This document shows positions 1-12,552 of a stretch of DNA of 64,000 bases, one piece after another; position 1 is the first letter of the stretch; every line of letters begins with the position of its first letter. Source of the stretch: an uncultured Gammaproteobacteria bacterium (lineage in GTDB: Bacteria > Pseudomonadota > Gammaproteobacteria > Steroidobacterales > XN24); assembly GCA_947259915.1 (NCBI GenBank), contig CAMYOC010000050.1, positions 61,342-125,341 on the forward strand. The letters are read 5' to 3'. The position numbers were made by a program, and so were the translations under genes. A model generated the notes under the pieces. The model did no database searches. It was not told the origin of the DNA and was given only the letters and a program-made list of their open reading frames with translations.

Positions 1-272
1 ACGACGAGGGCTGAACTGGTGGCGCCGTCCGCATCGAAATCTCCGACGACCACGACATGGCTGGCCGACTCGCGGTGCGCCAGCAGCAGGTCCACCGCGG
101 CAGCGCTGCCGGCAAGCGATCCTACCGGCAGCAGATCACGCAGCGGCAAGCCGACCTCCCCGGTGGCGCGAACGCCCCTGGCGGCATAGAGCCGCGCCAG
201 CAATGGCGGCAATGACGCGAGAGCCGCGGGATCGGTCAACAGCGGCCGTTGCCGTATCCGCGGCGGGTTCAT
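1..272 (-). CDS. recJ: single-stranded-DNA-specific exonuclease RecJ, N-terminal fragment (continues past window start)
   Basis: My own minus-strand translation from ATG at 272 gives MNPPRIRQRPLL..LARLYAARGV..HVVVVGDFDADGATSSALV. This fits the RecJ N-terminus with DHH motif I (DFDADG). The ATG overlaps the stop of the upstream ORF (ATGA). Confidence 0.8.
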   Translation of the reverse strand, partial: MNPPRIRQRPLLTDPAALASLPPLLARLYAARGVRATGEVGLPLRDLLPVGSLAGSAAAVDLLLAHRESASHVVVVGDFDADGATSSALV

Positions 273-1240
273 GACCGTGCACCCCGCCGCCAGAATTTCA
301 GCAGGTCGAGACGAGAGATCGTGACACAGTCTCCATCGGTGACAGCGATTGTGGCGCCGCTGATGCGTCCCCGCCGCAGGTCTTCGAACAACGACGCTGC
401 CCATTCGCGTTCCAGCCGTGCAAAAAAATCGCCTGAGTCTTCACCCGGCATCGATGCCACTACCGCGAGCTCATCTGCGTCCGCTGCCGCCGGGGCCGTC
501 GCCAGTTGTTCGAGACCCTGGGTATAGACATCCGTCGACAACAACCGCGCTTGCAAGTCTGGCGATGTGCTCATGACGGGCGGGCTGCTCCAGCCCCAGG
601 GCCACACGCTATTGATCGCCAGCAAGCCCTCCTCGGCGCGACGCTGGTTGATCGGATGGTCATGGAGCAACATCTGGATCTCAGTGATCAGGGCATTGAG
701 CCGGGCACAACCCGGTCCGCGTGGCATGAACTCGAGCACGTGCCGGCCCTCGACCTCGGCCGGCGACCACCACCGGCTGTCAGGCGCTTCGCCAAGGGTC
801 AGATACCAGTGACCCGACCCACCACGATGCAAGCCGGCACCGGTGGTCGCCACAGACTGATCGATGGTCTCCACCAGGGCGGCTGCATCCTCGGGCATCA
901 GATCGGGGAAGCGGATCTGGTTGAGGATCAGTTTGTCGGCACTCGGGCTCAGATTGACCGGATCGGCCCGCATCACGGCTGCCGGATGCGCGTCGAACTC
1001 CAGCCCGTATCCCGCCGGACCTGGCGGCCACAGACGCACGGCTTCAGCATCACCGGTCAGAAAAAACCCGCCGATCGCCTCCCGACCACGCAGCGTCATG
1101 CTGTCCCACCGTCCTCGATTGCAGAAACGAGACAGCGCTGCATCCGGATGCGCGCGTATCCAGGCCTGCATGGCTTGTGCTCCGCCCTCGGCCTCGACCA
1201 GCAGATGACGGATCGCAGAATTCGAGCGATTTGACAGCAT
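269..1240 (-). CDS. conserved hypothetical protein, possibly RpfE-type / cofactor-independent phosphoglycerate-mutase-like; function unknown
   Basis: ORF 269..1267. The first ATG is at 1240 (MLSNRSNS..); 1267 is a TTG. Amino-acid composition looks coding and the C-terminal segment reads ..AINSVWPWGWS... The stop overlaps the recJ start. The family assignment is from memory only. Confidence 0.55.
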   Translation of the reverse strand: MLSNRSNSAIRHLLVEAEGGAQAMQAWIRAHPDAALSRFCNRGRWDSMTLRGREAIGGFFLTGDAEAVRLWPPGPAGYGLEFDAHPAAVMRADPVNLSPSADKLILNQIRFPDLMPEDAAALVETIDQSVATTGAGLHRGGSGHWYLTLGEAPDSRWWSPAEVEGRHVLEFMPRGPGCARLNALITEIQMLLHDHPINQRRAEEGLLAINSVWPWGWSSPPVMSTSPDLQARLLSTDVYTQGLEQLATAPAAADADELAVVASMPGEDSGDFFARLEREWAASLFEDLRRGRISGATIAVTDGDCVTISRLDLLKFWRRGARS

Positions 1241-1286
1241 GGATGCCGCACTTGTGGCCGATGGCAAAAACGCTATGGTAGGGCAA

Positions 1287-1661
1287 ATGCGATTGAGTCT
1301 CGACCAGACTGACCGGAGTCAGTTGATCAGCGCCTGGGCCCCGGGGGAAATCCGCGTGGGTGAACGACGGTACCGGCGCAGCGTGGTACTCAAGGCAGGC
1401 ACGGAGCCGCTGCCCTGGCCGGCACCACGACCTGCGGAACTCGTGCTGGAGGACCTGACGCCTGCGCTGAACCTGGCGCCGGAGATTCTGTTGCTGGGCA
1501 CCGGCAGCCGTCTGGTGTTTCCGGATCCTGCGATCTACGCGCGCATGCTCGCGCTCGGTGTCGGTATCGAGGTGATGGACACCGGCGCCGCGTGCCGTAC
1601 CTACAACATCCTGGTGGCCGAAGATCGGGCAGTGGTGGCGGCGCTGATCATCGAGCAATGA
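1287..1661 (+). CDS. Mth938/DUF498 domain protein (NDUFAF3-like)
   Basis: ORF 1239..1661. The segment ..LISAWAPGEIRVGERRY..EILLLGTGSRLVFP..GIEVMDTGAACRTYNIL is typical of DUF498. I chose ATG 1287 because it is preceded by GGTAGGG; 1239 and 1275 are alternatives. Confidence 0.7.
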   Translation: MRLSLDQTDRSQLISAWAPGEIRVGERRYRRSVVLKAGTEPLPWPAPRPAELVLEDLTPALNLAPEILLLGTGSRLVFPDPAIYARMLALGVGIEVMDTGAACRTYNILVAEDRAVVAALIIEQ

Positions 1662-1761
1662 CCCGGCGGCAGGCGCCGTCCGGGCGGCAACGAACCGGGC
1701 ACAGCGCGCGGCGACCGCGCAGGAGAAGTCGACGAACGCCGCAGGCCCGGCGGCGCAGGCC

Positions 1762-2766
1762 CTAGTCGAACAATGCTTCTTCGGACAAGCCGTGACTGAC
1801 CATGATGGTGCGCAGATGGGCCAGCGCGTCCATCTGAATCTGGCGCACCCGTTCCCGGGTCACGCCGATCTCGGCCCCAACCTGCTCCAGCGTGCGTTTC
1901 TCAAAGCCGTGGATACCGAAACGTCGTTCCACCACTGCGCGCTGCTTCTCCGAGAGGCAACCCAGCCAGGTCTCCAGCACCATATGCATGTCGCGCATCT
2001 GCAAGTGTTGGCTCGGATCCTGCGTATCTTCGTCAGCGACGGCATCGAGGAGATTGCGCTCGCCCTCACCGGCGATGGTTGAGGTCGTTGCGGTGACGCG
2101 GTCGCTGAGCCCGAGCATACGATCGACGTCGGCTGTCGGTTTGTCCAGCAACTCGCCGATCTCTTCGGCGGTAGGCTCGCGATCCAGCTGCTGGGTGAGC
2201 TGTCGCGCCGCGCGCAGATACGTATTTATTTCCTTGACCACGTGGATCGGCAAGCGGATCGTCCGGGTCTGATTCATGATCCCGCGTTCGATCGTCTGGC
2301 GTATCCACCAGGTTGCATAAGTGGAAAACCGGAAGCCCTTCTCCGGATCGAATTTCTTGACCGCGTGGATCAGCCCCAGATTGCCTTCTTCGATCAGGTC
2401 CAGCAATGGCAGACCGCGGTTCATATAACGGCGGGCGATCTTGACCACCAGACGCAAATTGCTCTCGATCATGCGCTTGCGCGCGGATTCGTCTCCGCGC
2501 AGGGCGCGTCGAGAATAATAGACTTCCTCTTCGGCCGTGAGCAGCGGTGAGAAACCGATCTCGCTCAGATAAAGCCGGGTAGCGTCGAGCTCCTGGGGGT
2601 GGCTGCTTGGCCGTCTGCGTGCGGCGGGTTTTTTTGCCGCGCTGGGTTTGCCGGCCCCGCTCTTGTCGAGACCTTTCCCGGCCACCGGCTCCGCGCCTTG
2701 GTCGAGTCCGTCAGGGGCGCGCTTACCGGAGCGGCCGGCGGAAGTTCGACCCCTGTTCGCGGCCAT
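1762..2766 (-). CDS. rpoS: RNA polymerase sigma factor RpoS (sigma-38)
   Basis: Sigma-70 family regions are visible: [49 protein letters not shown] and RVRQIQ. It sits downstream of nlpD in the classic surE-pcm-nlpD-rpoS order. ATG 2766 has a GGGG Shine-Dalgarno; 2772 is a GTG. Confidence 0.95.
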   Translation of the reverse strand: MAANRGRTSAGRSGKRAPDGLDQGAEPVAGKGLDKSGAGKPSAAKKPAARRRPSSHPQELDATRLYLSEIGFSPLLTAEEEVYYSRRALRGDESARKRMIESNLRLVVKIARRYMNRGLPLLDLIEEGNLGLIHAVKKFDPEKGFRFSTYATWWIRQTIERGIMNQTRTIRLPIHVVKEINTYLRAARQLTQQLDREPTAEEIGELLDKPTADVDRMLGLSDRVTATTSTIAGEGERNLLDAVADEDTQDPSQHLQMRDMHMVLETWLGCLSEKQRAVVERRFGIHGFEKRTLEQVGAEIGVTRERVRQIQMDALAHLRTIMVSHGLSEEALFD

Positions 2767-2819
2767 CGGCACCCCAGTAAAAAGAAAAACGGAAGTCTCG
2801 ATCCCTCTCTCTTGCCCGG

Positions 2820-3530
2820 CTAGCGTGCCGGGAGATAGCGGAGCGGATCGACCGGCTTTCCATTCAGCCGGATTTCAAAATGGACCGACGGACTCTTGCC
2901 CGGCCCAGTGCCCATCTGCGCGATCTCCTGCCCCTCGGTTACCCGATCGCCTTCCGTTACGAACAGCTTGCGGTTGTAGCCATAGGCGCTGAGAAACGCG
3001 TTGTTGTGCTTGATGATAATAAGCTGCCCATAGCCTATAAGTCCACTTCCGCTATAGACCACCTCGCCTCCGGAAGCGGCCCGCACGGGCTGTCCGGCAC
3101 GGCCGCTGATGTCGATGCCTTTGCCCCCCAGATCGCCCTTGCCAAAACGCGAGCTAAGACGGCCGTCTGTCGGCCAGACCCAGTCCGCAGGCGCTTTGAC
3201 CGGTGCGGCGGGCGGCTGACGCGGGGCTTGTCCGGACCCCGACGCGGACCCGACGCGTTTGCTTGAAGTGGTGGAGCGTGGCGCCGTCGGGGCTGACCAG
3301 CCGTCCGGGGGTTTGAGACGGATTTCCTGGCCCGGGTGGATCAGGTTTCCGCTGCCCAGTTGGTTCCATTGCGCAAGTTTTTGCGGGTCGAGACCATGCT
3401 GCCAGGCGATCGCATAGAGGGTATCACCTCGCTTTACTGTATAGGCATCCGGGTTCCAGCTAACCAGGCTGGCGCAGCCGCCGCACAGCAGCGCGCTCAA
3501 CAGCAAGACGCAAGACGGCCGCCACCGCAT
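2820..3530 (-). CDS. nlpD: murein hydrolase activator NlpD (LysM + M23 peptidase lipoprotein)
   Basis: Three parts are readable. Lipobox: [10 protein letters not shown]. LysM: [28 protein letters not shown]23 core: [31 protein letters not shown]. The start at ATG 3530 overlaps the yqaA stop by 1 nt. Confidence 0.9.
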   Translation of the reverse strand: MRWRPSCVLLLSALLCGGCASLVSWNPDAYTVKRGDTLYAIAWQHGLDPQKLAQWNQLGSGNLIHPGQEIRLKPPDGWSAPTAPRSTTSSKRVGSASGSGQAPRQPPAAPVKAPADWVWPTDGRLSSRFGKGDLGGKGIDISGRAGQPVRAASGGEVVYSGSGLIGYGQLIIIKHNNAFLSAYGYNRKLFVTEGDRVTEGQEIAQMGTGPGKSPSVHFEIRLNGKPVDPLRYLPAR

Positions 3531-4108
3531 CAGTGACGCAGGATGAAGTAAGCCAGCACCAGCAGCGCGACAAAGATCCATCCGAGTATCTCGACATTCT
3601 GGCGCAGACGCTGTTCCATCGGCTCACCGCCCCAGCGGATCAGATAGGCGACGAGGAAAAAACGCGCGCCGCGACCGATCGCCGAAGCCAGCACAAACGG
3701 CACCAGGAACATGCTCAGCGCGCCCGCAGCGATGGTGAACACCTTATACGGGATGGGCGAGAAACCCGCCGCGAGGATGGCCCAAAAACCCCATTCGGTG
3801 AACCATGTCTGTACCCGGATATAGGCCTCCCAGTAACCGGCGGACTGCATCCACGTCGCTACCGCATCGAAAGCGAAGTGGCCGATCGCATAGCCGGCGA
3901 GCCCGCCGGCGACCGAGGTCAGTGTGGTGATGGTCGCCAGTCGGAACGCGCTGGCTGGCCGCGCCAGGGTCATCGGCGCCAGCATCACATCGGGCGGTAC
4001 CGGAAAAAACGACGATTCGGCGAAACTCAGTCCGCCCAGATACCAGGGTGCCTTGGGATGCGCGGCCCAGGTCAGGACTTTGTCGTAGAGGGGGCCGAAC
4101 AACTTCAT
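3530..4108 (-). CDS. YqaA/DedA (SNARE-associated) family inner membrane protein
   Basis: Multi-pass hydrophobic protein with the motif ..LSFAESSFFPVPPDVML.. characteristic of the YqaA/DedA family. ATG 4108 overlaps the pcm stop. Confidence 0.8.
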   Translation of the reverse strand: MKLFGPLYDKVLTWAAHPKAPWYLGGLSFAESSFFPVPPDVMLAPMTLARPASAFRLATITTLTSVAGGLAGYAIGHFAFDAVATWMQSAGYWEAYIRVQTWFTEWGFWAILAAGFSPIPYKVFTIAAGALSMFLVPFVLASAIGRGARFFLVAYLIRWGGEPMEQRLRQNVEILGWIFVALLVLAYFILRH

Positions 4109-4740
4109 CACTGACGCCCGGTCAGCAGCGGCACAAACAACACGTAATCCAGCACCCGCTCCTCGAACTCATCGCCATGTCGCTGGATCTCCAGCAGTTC
4201 CTGGCGTCCTCGTGGACCCACCGGGATGATCATGCGTCCGCCATCGGCGAGTTGCTCGAGTAGCGCCCTCGGTTGCTCAGGCGGCGCGGCGGTGACGATG
4301 ATGCCGTCATAGGGCGCGTTGCTCTTCCAGCCCTCCCAGCCATCTCCGTGGCGGAATTTGACGTTGTAGATGTCCAGCTGACGCAGCAGTGCCCGCGCCC
4401 GGCGCTGCAGCGGCCCGAGTCGCTCCACCGTGTAGACCTCACCGACCAGGCCCGCCAGCACCGCCGTCTGATAGCCGCAACCGGTGCCGATCTCGAGCAC
4501 CCGCGACGGGCACGGCTGTGCCACCAGCGCTTCGGTCATACGGGCCACAACGTAAGGCTGGGAGATGGTCTGACCGAGACCGATCGGCAGCGCAGTGTCC
4601 TCGTAGGCGCGGCTGGCGAGCGCTTCGTCCACAAACAGGTGTCGCGGCACGTCGCGGATCTGATTGAGCACACGCTGATCCTTGATACCCTCGGACTTGA
4701 GCCGCTGCACCAGGCGTTCCCGGGTGCGGGCCGAGGTCAT
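4108..4740 (-). CDS. pcm: protein-L-isoaspartate O-methyltransferase
   Basis: [54 protein letters not shown] (SAM motif). The ATG 4740 start matches the Pseudomonas and E. coli Pcm N-termini; a GTG at 4773 is a longer alternative. Confidence 0.93.
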   Translation of the reverse strand: MTSARTRERLVQRLKSEGIKDQRVLNQIRDVPRHLFVDEALASRAYEDTALPIGLGQTISQPYVVARMTEALVAQPCPSRVLEIGTGCGYQTAVLAGLVGEVYTVERLGPLQRRARALLRQLDIYNVKFRHGDGWEGWKSNAPYDGIIVTAAPPEQPRALLEQLADGGRMIIPVGPRGRQELLEIQRHGDEFEERVLDYVLFVPLLTGRQ

Positions 4741-4769
4741 GCCGATTCCCGAGCGATCGCGCCTGGAGA

Positions 4770-5522
4770 TCACGGCCGGCCTCCTGGCAACCAGCGCTCG
4801 AGGTCCGACAGCTCCGCATGACGAGTCAGGTCCACTTGCATCGGCGTCACCGAGACCTGGCGCTGGGCCACTGCATGGAAATCGGTACCCGGGCCGGCAT
4901 CCGCTTCCGGTCCGGCCGCGCCAACCCAGTAGATCCTGCGGCCGCGGGGATCCTCGCCCGGCACGACCGACTCGGCCCGGTGCCGATGCCCGAGCCGCGT
5001 GGCCGCCCAGCCTTGCAGCTCCGACTCCGACACGTCCGGCACATTGACGTTGAGGATCGCATCCCGGGGCAACGGGTCTGATTGCATACGTCGCAGGATA
5101 TCGAGGGTGACCCGGGCAGCGGTATCGAAATGCCCCGCGCCGCGGCTGACCAGCGACACGGCAAGCGCGGGCAGGCCAAGAAAACGACCCTCCATGGCAG
5201 CCGCGACGGTGCCCGAATAAAGCACGTCATCGCCGAGATTAGCGCCGTCATTGATGCCCGAGACCACCATGTCCGGTTCCTCGTCAAGCAGCCCCGTGAC
5301 CGCCAGATGCACGCAATCGGTCGGGGTGCCGTTGACGTAATAGACCTTGTCTTCAACCTGGGTCACGCGCAGCGGCATATCCAGGGTCAGCGAGTTGCTC
5401 GCCCCGCTGCGGTCCAGCTCGGGCGCCACCGTGATCACGTCGCCAAGTTCGCGCAGATACCGGGCCAGACAGAGGATGCCCTCGGCACGATAGCCGTCAT
5501 CGTTACTCAAAAGGATTTTCAC
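4770..5522 (-). CDS. surE: 5'/3'-nucleotidase SurE
   Basis: [37 protein letters not shown] at 5522 gives the canonical [11 protein letters not shown]-terminus; a GTG at 5552 is the longest alternative. Confidence 0.92.
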   Translation of the reverse strand: MKILLSNDDGYRAEGILCLARYLRELGDVITVAPELDRSGASNSLTLDMPLRVTQVEDKVYYVNGTPTDCVHLAVTGLLDEEPDMVVSGINDGANLGDDVLYSGTVAAAMEGRFLGLPALAVSLVSRGAGHFDTAARVTLDILRRMQSDPLPRDAILNVNVPDVSESELQGWAATRLGHRHRAESVVPGEDPRGRRIYWVGAAGPEADAGPGTDFHAVAQRQVSVTPMQVDLTRHAELSDLERWLPGGRP

Positions 5523-5580
5523 AAGCTGGACAGGACCGGCAAAAACTGGCACTAACTATACCGTAAGGAGCGCAGCTTAT

Positions 5581-6117
5581 ATGCCCCCCGTCGATGATCA
5601 AGACAGCGATCTGTTCCGCCGCTCCGTCGGCGATATCAAGCGTCTGCGCACGGAGACCGCGGTGCACGATCTGCCGCGGCCGGCGCCGTCGGCCCGCTTC
5701 CGGCGCGAGGACGAGGCGGAAGTGCTCCGGGACAGCCTCGAAGGTGAGCTCGATCCAGCGGAGCTGGAAACCGGTGACGAGCTGGTGTTCCGCCGGCCGA
5801 TGGTCAGGCCCGCAGACTTCAAGCGCCTGCGGCGAGGCCATTTCAGCGTCAGCAGCGAGATCGATCTGCACGGGCTGAACGCCGCCGACGCCCACGCGGC
5901 GCTCGCCGAATTCATCAAGCAAGCCAGCGGCCGACGCCAGAGCTGTGTCCGGGTGATCCATGGCAAAGGCCTGCGTTCCGGGCCCAACGGGCCGGTGATC
6001 AAGAAACGCATCGGACGCTGGCTGCGTCAGCGTGATGAGGTCCTGGCCTACGCCTCGGCTCGGGCGGTCGACGGTGGTACCGGCGCCGTCTATGTGTTGT
6101 TACGCAACAAGGCCTGA
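5581..6117 (+). CDS. Smr domain protein (SmrA/YdaL-like DNA endonuclease)
   Basis: C-terminal Smr domain: IDLHGLNAADAHAALAEFI..VRVIHGKGLRS..AVYVLL. An AAGGAG Shine-Dalgarno precedes ATG 5581. Confidence 0.85.
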   Translation: MPPVDDQDSDLFRRSVGDIKRLRTETAVHDLPRPAPSARFRREDEAEVLRDSLEGELDPAELETGDELVFRRPMVRPADFKRLRRGHFSVSSEIDLHGLNAADAHAALAEFIKQASGRRQSCVRVIHGKGLRSGPNGPVIKKRIGRWLRQRDEVLAYASARAVDGGTGAVYVLLRNKA

Positions 6118-6125
6118 TCCCTATT

Positions 6126-7166
6126 TCACTCGCTGAAGTCCAGTAACTCGCGTAGCACCACAGTGGCGAAACCGCCGCGGGACAGGGTGAAACTCAGCAC
6201 CAGGGCACCTCCCTCGAATGCCCATTGCAGATCCTCGACCGTGAGCCGGAGCGCACGCCGCTCATGCTCCATGCCGGCGGCGCTGACGACCGCTACGCAT
6301 TCGGGCCAATCATCGGCGACGGACCGTTCAAGTCTGGCCGCCTCACCTTCGCTCGGAGGGTTGCCGCGACCCCACAACGGGCCGCTGGGATGAATATCGT
6401 GGGCCTCGATCCGCTGCTCGATCACCGCGTCGACCGCCATCACCGGGAACATCGACCGGCTGCCCTGGAGCACGGCCAGATCGCCGGGCAGGAGCCGACA
6501 CCAGCTGCCGCCCTCTACCCGCGCCGACAACAGCGCATTGAATACCTGGCTGCGGCCCGCGGACAGCGCAAAACCCCGCTGCTGGCGTGGCAGACGCTGG
6601 CCCGCTGCGAGCTGACTCACCAGCGCCAGATTGCCACCGTCGCGGCCAAAACGCTGGGCGCCGAAGTAGTTGGGTACGCCCTGTTTCGCTATCGCCTGCA
6701 GACGCTGATCTATCGCTGCCGTTTCGTCCGCGCCGCTCAGCTCTTTGATCACGATACGGAATCGATTGCGGCGATGAACGCCGCGGCGGAGTTTGCGCCG
6801 ATGCGGTGTCAGATCGAGTATCTCGATACCGCTCGCGGAAAGATCGATGGCCCGCAGCGGCTCAGCGGCGCGCCTCGGCAGACTGAACCATTGCTCGGTG
6901 ACCGCGTGCCGGTCCTTGAGTCCGGAATAGCCTACATCGCGCTCGGCAACACCGCTGGCGCGGGCCAGGCTGCGCGCGACCCACTGTGTATTACAGCCGG
7001 TCTTGCGCACCCGCAACAGGACATGCTCGCCCTCGCCGTCCGGCGCAAAGCCCAGCTCTTCGATCACCTGGAAGTCTTCCGCCCGCGTGCGGATGCGCCC
7101 GCAAAGCCCCAGGGGCGGCCAGGCATGGGCCAGAGCCCGCGCCGGGACGTCTGCGTCGCCACTCAT
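6126..7166 (-). CDS. truD: tRNA pseudouridine(13) synthase TruD
   Basis: ..EDFQVIEELGF..GEHVLLRVRKTGCNT..YSGLKDRHAVTEQWFS.. contains the catalytic GxKD motif. The start at ATG 7166 overlaps the ispF stop (ATGA). The longer ORF to 7520 is a spurious extension through ispF. Confidence 0.9.
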   Translation of the reverse strand: MSGDADVPARALAHAWPPLGLCGRIRTRAEDFQVIEELGFAPDGEGEHVLLRVRKTGCNTQWVARSLARASGVAERDVGYSGLKDRHAVTEQWFSLPRRAAEPLRAIDLSASGIEILDLTPHRRKLRRGVHRRNRFRIVIKELSGADETAAIDQRLQAIAKQGVPNYFGAQRFGRDGGNLALVSQLAAGQRLPRQQRGFALSAGRSQVFNALLSARVEGGSWCRLLPGDLAVLQGSRSMFPVMAVDAVIEQRIEAHDIHPSGPLWGRGNPPSEGEAARLERSVADDWPECVAVVSAAGMEHERRALRLTVEDLQWAFEGGALVLSFTLSRGGFATVVLRELLDFSE

Positions 7167-7599
7167 CGGGCCAACAGCAGCACGACCGCGTGAGCCGCGA
7201 TCCCCTCGCCGCGACCGATGGCGCCAAGACCCTCGGTGGTAGTAGCCTTTAGATTGACCTGGCTGACCGCGACCTGCAGATCCGCCGCCAGATTCGCCAC
7301 CATCGCCGGAATGTGCTGAGCCAGGCGCGGCCGCTCGGCGACCACGGTCAAATCCACGTTGGCGACCATGTATCCAGCCGACTGTCTGCACCTTTCCAGC
7401 GTTCATCGTCCTCCGGAAAGTGATGGCCGATGTCACCGGCGGCGATAGCACCGAGCAGCGCATCGCACAACGCGTGCACCACCACGTCACCATCCGAATG
7501 TGCGCGCAGCCCCCTCTCATGAGGCAATCTGACGCCGCCCAGGATCACATGATCGCCGGGCCCGAATGCATGTACATCAAAGCCGTGCCCTACCCGCAT
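7163..7599 (-). pseudogene. ispF: 2-C-methyl-D-erythritol 2,4-cyclodiphosphate synthase IspF, reading frame disrupted (internal ~37-nt deletion or assembly error)
   Basis: Two ORFs, 7348..7599 and 7163..7369, encode the N-terminal ([32 protein letters not shown]) and C-terminal ([39 protein letters not shown]) halves of IspF in different frames. About 13 residues are missing at the junction. Confidence 0.7.
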
Positions 7600-7601
7600 G
7601 A

Positions 7602-8306
7602 TCAGTGCTCCCTTGCGGCCAGGACGGCGTCTGCCAGCGCCAGATCCGCCATCCGCGTGACTTTGATGTTGTCCGTGCGACCCTGCACCAGCAACGGCCT
7701 GCCGCCCTGCTCCTCGATCGCGCTCGCCTCATCGGTAATAGCGATCCCCGAGGCCGCCGCGGCCTGCAAGGCCTGGCGCAGCGGTCCGAACCGGAACAAT
7801 TGTGGTGTCATCGCTCGCCACAAGTCGCGACGCTCGACGGTGTCGACCACGCACCCGCCGACGGCGCGTTTGAGGGTGTCGTCCACCGGCGCAGCCAGCA
7901 GCGCGCCATCCGGGCTGTTGCGCCCTCGCTCCAGCAGCTTGTCCAGATCGGTCGGATCGAGGCATGGCCGTGCTGCGTCATGCACCAGCACCCAGTCGCT
8001 GTCCCCAGCGCCTCGTTCGGCCAGCGCATCCAATGCGTTGCCGACGGATGCGGCGCGCTCGGCCCCACCCGGCGCTTCAATCAACCTTGAATCGGCCGGT
8101 CGGAAGCGCGGCCAATCCGGATCATCAGCGACCAGCGCAATGACAACACCGGCGATGTCTGCCCGCGCCAGAAATGGCGCCAGTGACCACTCGATCAGGG
8201 CGCGACCCCGCAGCTCCGCGTACTGCTTCGGCCGGCCCGCGCCAAAACGTTCGCCGCGCCCTGCCGCCGGGATCACCGCCCACACCCGGAGCGGCAGGTC
8301 GCTCAT
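7602..8306 (-). CDS. ispD: 2-C-methyl-D-erythritol 4-phosphate cytidylyltransferase
   Basis: [26 protein letters not shown].. are IspD motifs. It lies next to ispF, and its ATG overlaps the ftsB stop. Confidence 0.93.
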   Translation of the reverse strand: MSDLPLRVWAVIPAAGRGERFGAGRPKQYAELRGRALIEWSLAPFLARADIAGVVIALVADDPDWPRFRPADSRLIEAPGGAERAASVGNALDALAERGAGDSDWVLVHDAARPCLDPTDLDKLLERGRNSPDGALLAAPVDDTLKRAVGGCVVDTVERRDLWRAMTPQLFRFGPLRQALQAAAASGIAITDEASAIEEQGGRPLLVQGRTDNIKVTRMADLALADAVLAAREH

Positions 8307-8602
8307 GGCTGTTCGGCCGCAGCATCCTGGTCCGGCGCCACGATCTGATACAGCGTCTCGTCGGCACCGATCATCCCCAGATCCGAGCGGGCGATTTCCT
8401 CAACCGCCTCAAGGCCCTGTTTCAAATCCAGCACCTCCGCCTCGAGACGGGCGTTGCGCTCGCTCAATTCGGTGTTCTCCTCGCGCTGCAGGGACACCGC
8501 TTCCTGGAGACTCCAGACGGATCGATAGCCGCCTTCTGACACCCACAGCCGGTATTGCAGTATCAGCACCAGTACGCCGAGCAACAGCAGTATCAAACGC
8601 AT
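8303..8602 (-). CDS. ftsB: cell division protein FtsB
   Basis: 99 aa with an N-terminal TM segment (LILLLLGVLVLILQYRLW) followed by a coiled coil. It occupies the conserved eno-ftsB-ispD position. Confidence 0.85.
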   Translation of the reverse strand: MRLILLLLGVLVLILQYRLWVSEGGYRSVWSLQEAVSLQREENTELSERNARLEAEVLDLKQGLEAVEEIARSDLGMIGADETLYQIVAPDQDAAAEQP

Positions 8603-8657
8603 GGGCTTAGCACCCAGGCCTGATCGTGCCGCCGCAAATCAAGACCGACATCGACCG

Positions 8658-12552
<3,895 letters not shown>

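Noticed and set aside
1662-1761. Possible bidirectional terminator between the convergent DUF498 gene and rpoS
   Set aside because: Only short GC stems are present (for example CGCCGC..GCGGCG) and neither side has a T/U tract.
3001-3060. AT-rich (about 43% G+C) stretch in nlpD encoding the M23 motif [20 protein letters not shown]
   Set aside because: The same kind of signal as the dnaE patch, but shorter and milder. It is partly forced by Ile/Lys/Asn/Tyr-rich amino-acid content and falls within plausible normal variation.
3530-4108. yqaA-type membrane gene inserted in the surE-pcm-nlpD-rpoS cluster as a possible islet
   Set aside because: Its composition and codon usage match the flanks, and it is translationally coupled on both sides by 1-nt overlaps. 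It looks like a stable part of the operon rather than an insertion.
7340-7400. Programmed ribosomal frameshift as an explanation for the split ispF
   Set aside because: No slippery heptamer or downstream structure is evident. Even a frameshifted product would lack about 13 conserved residues, so a deletion or an assembly error is the simpler explanation.
7166-7520. N-terminal extension of the truD ORF (464-aa version)
   Set aside because: The extension reads through ispF in another frame and is Arg/Gly-rich. TruD homology begins at MSGDADV.. (ATG 7166), which overlaps the ispF stop.
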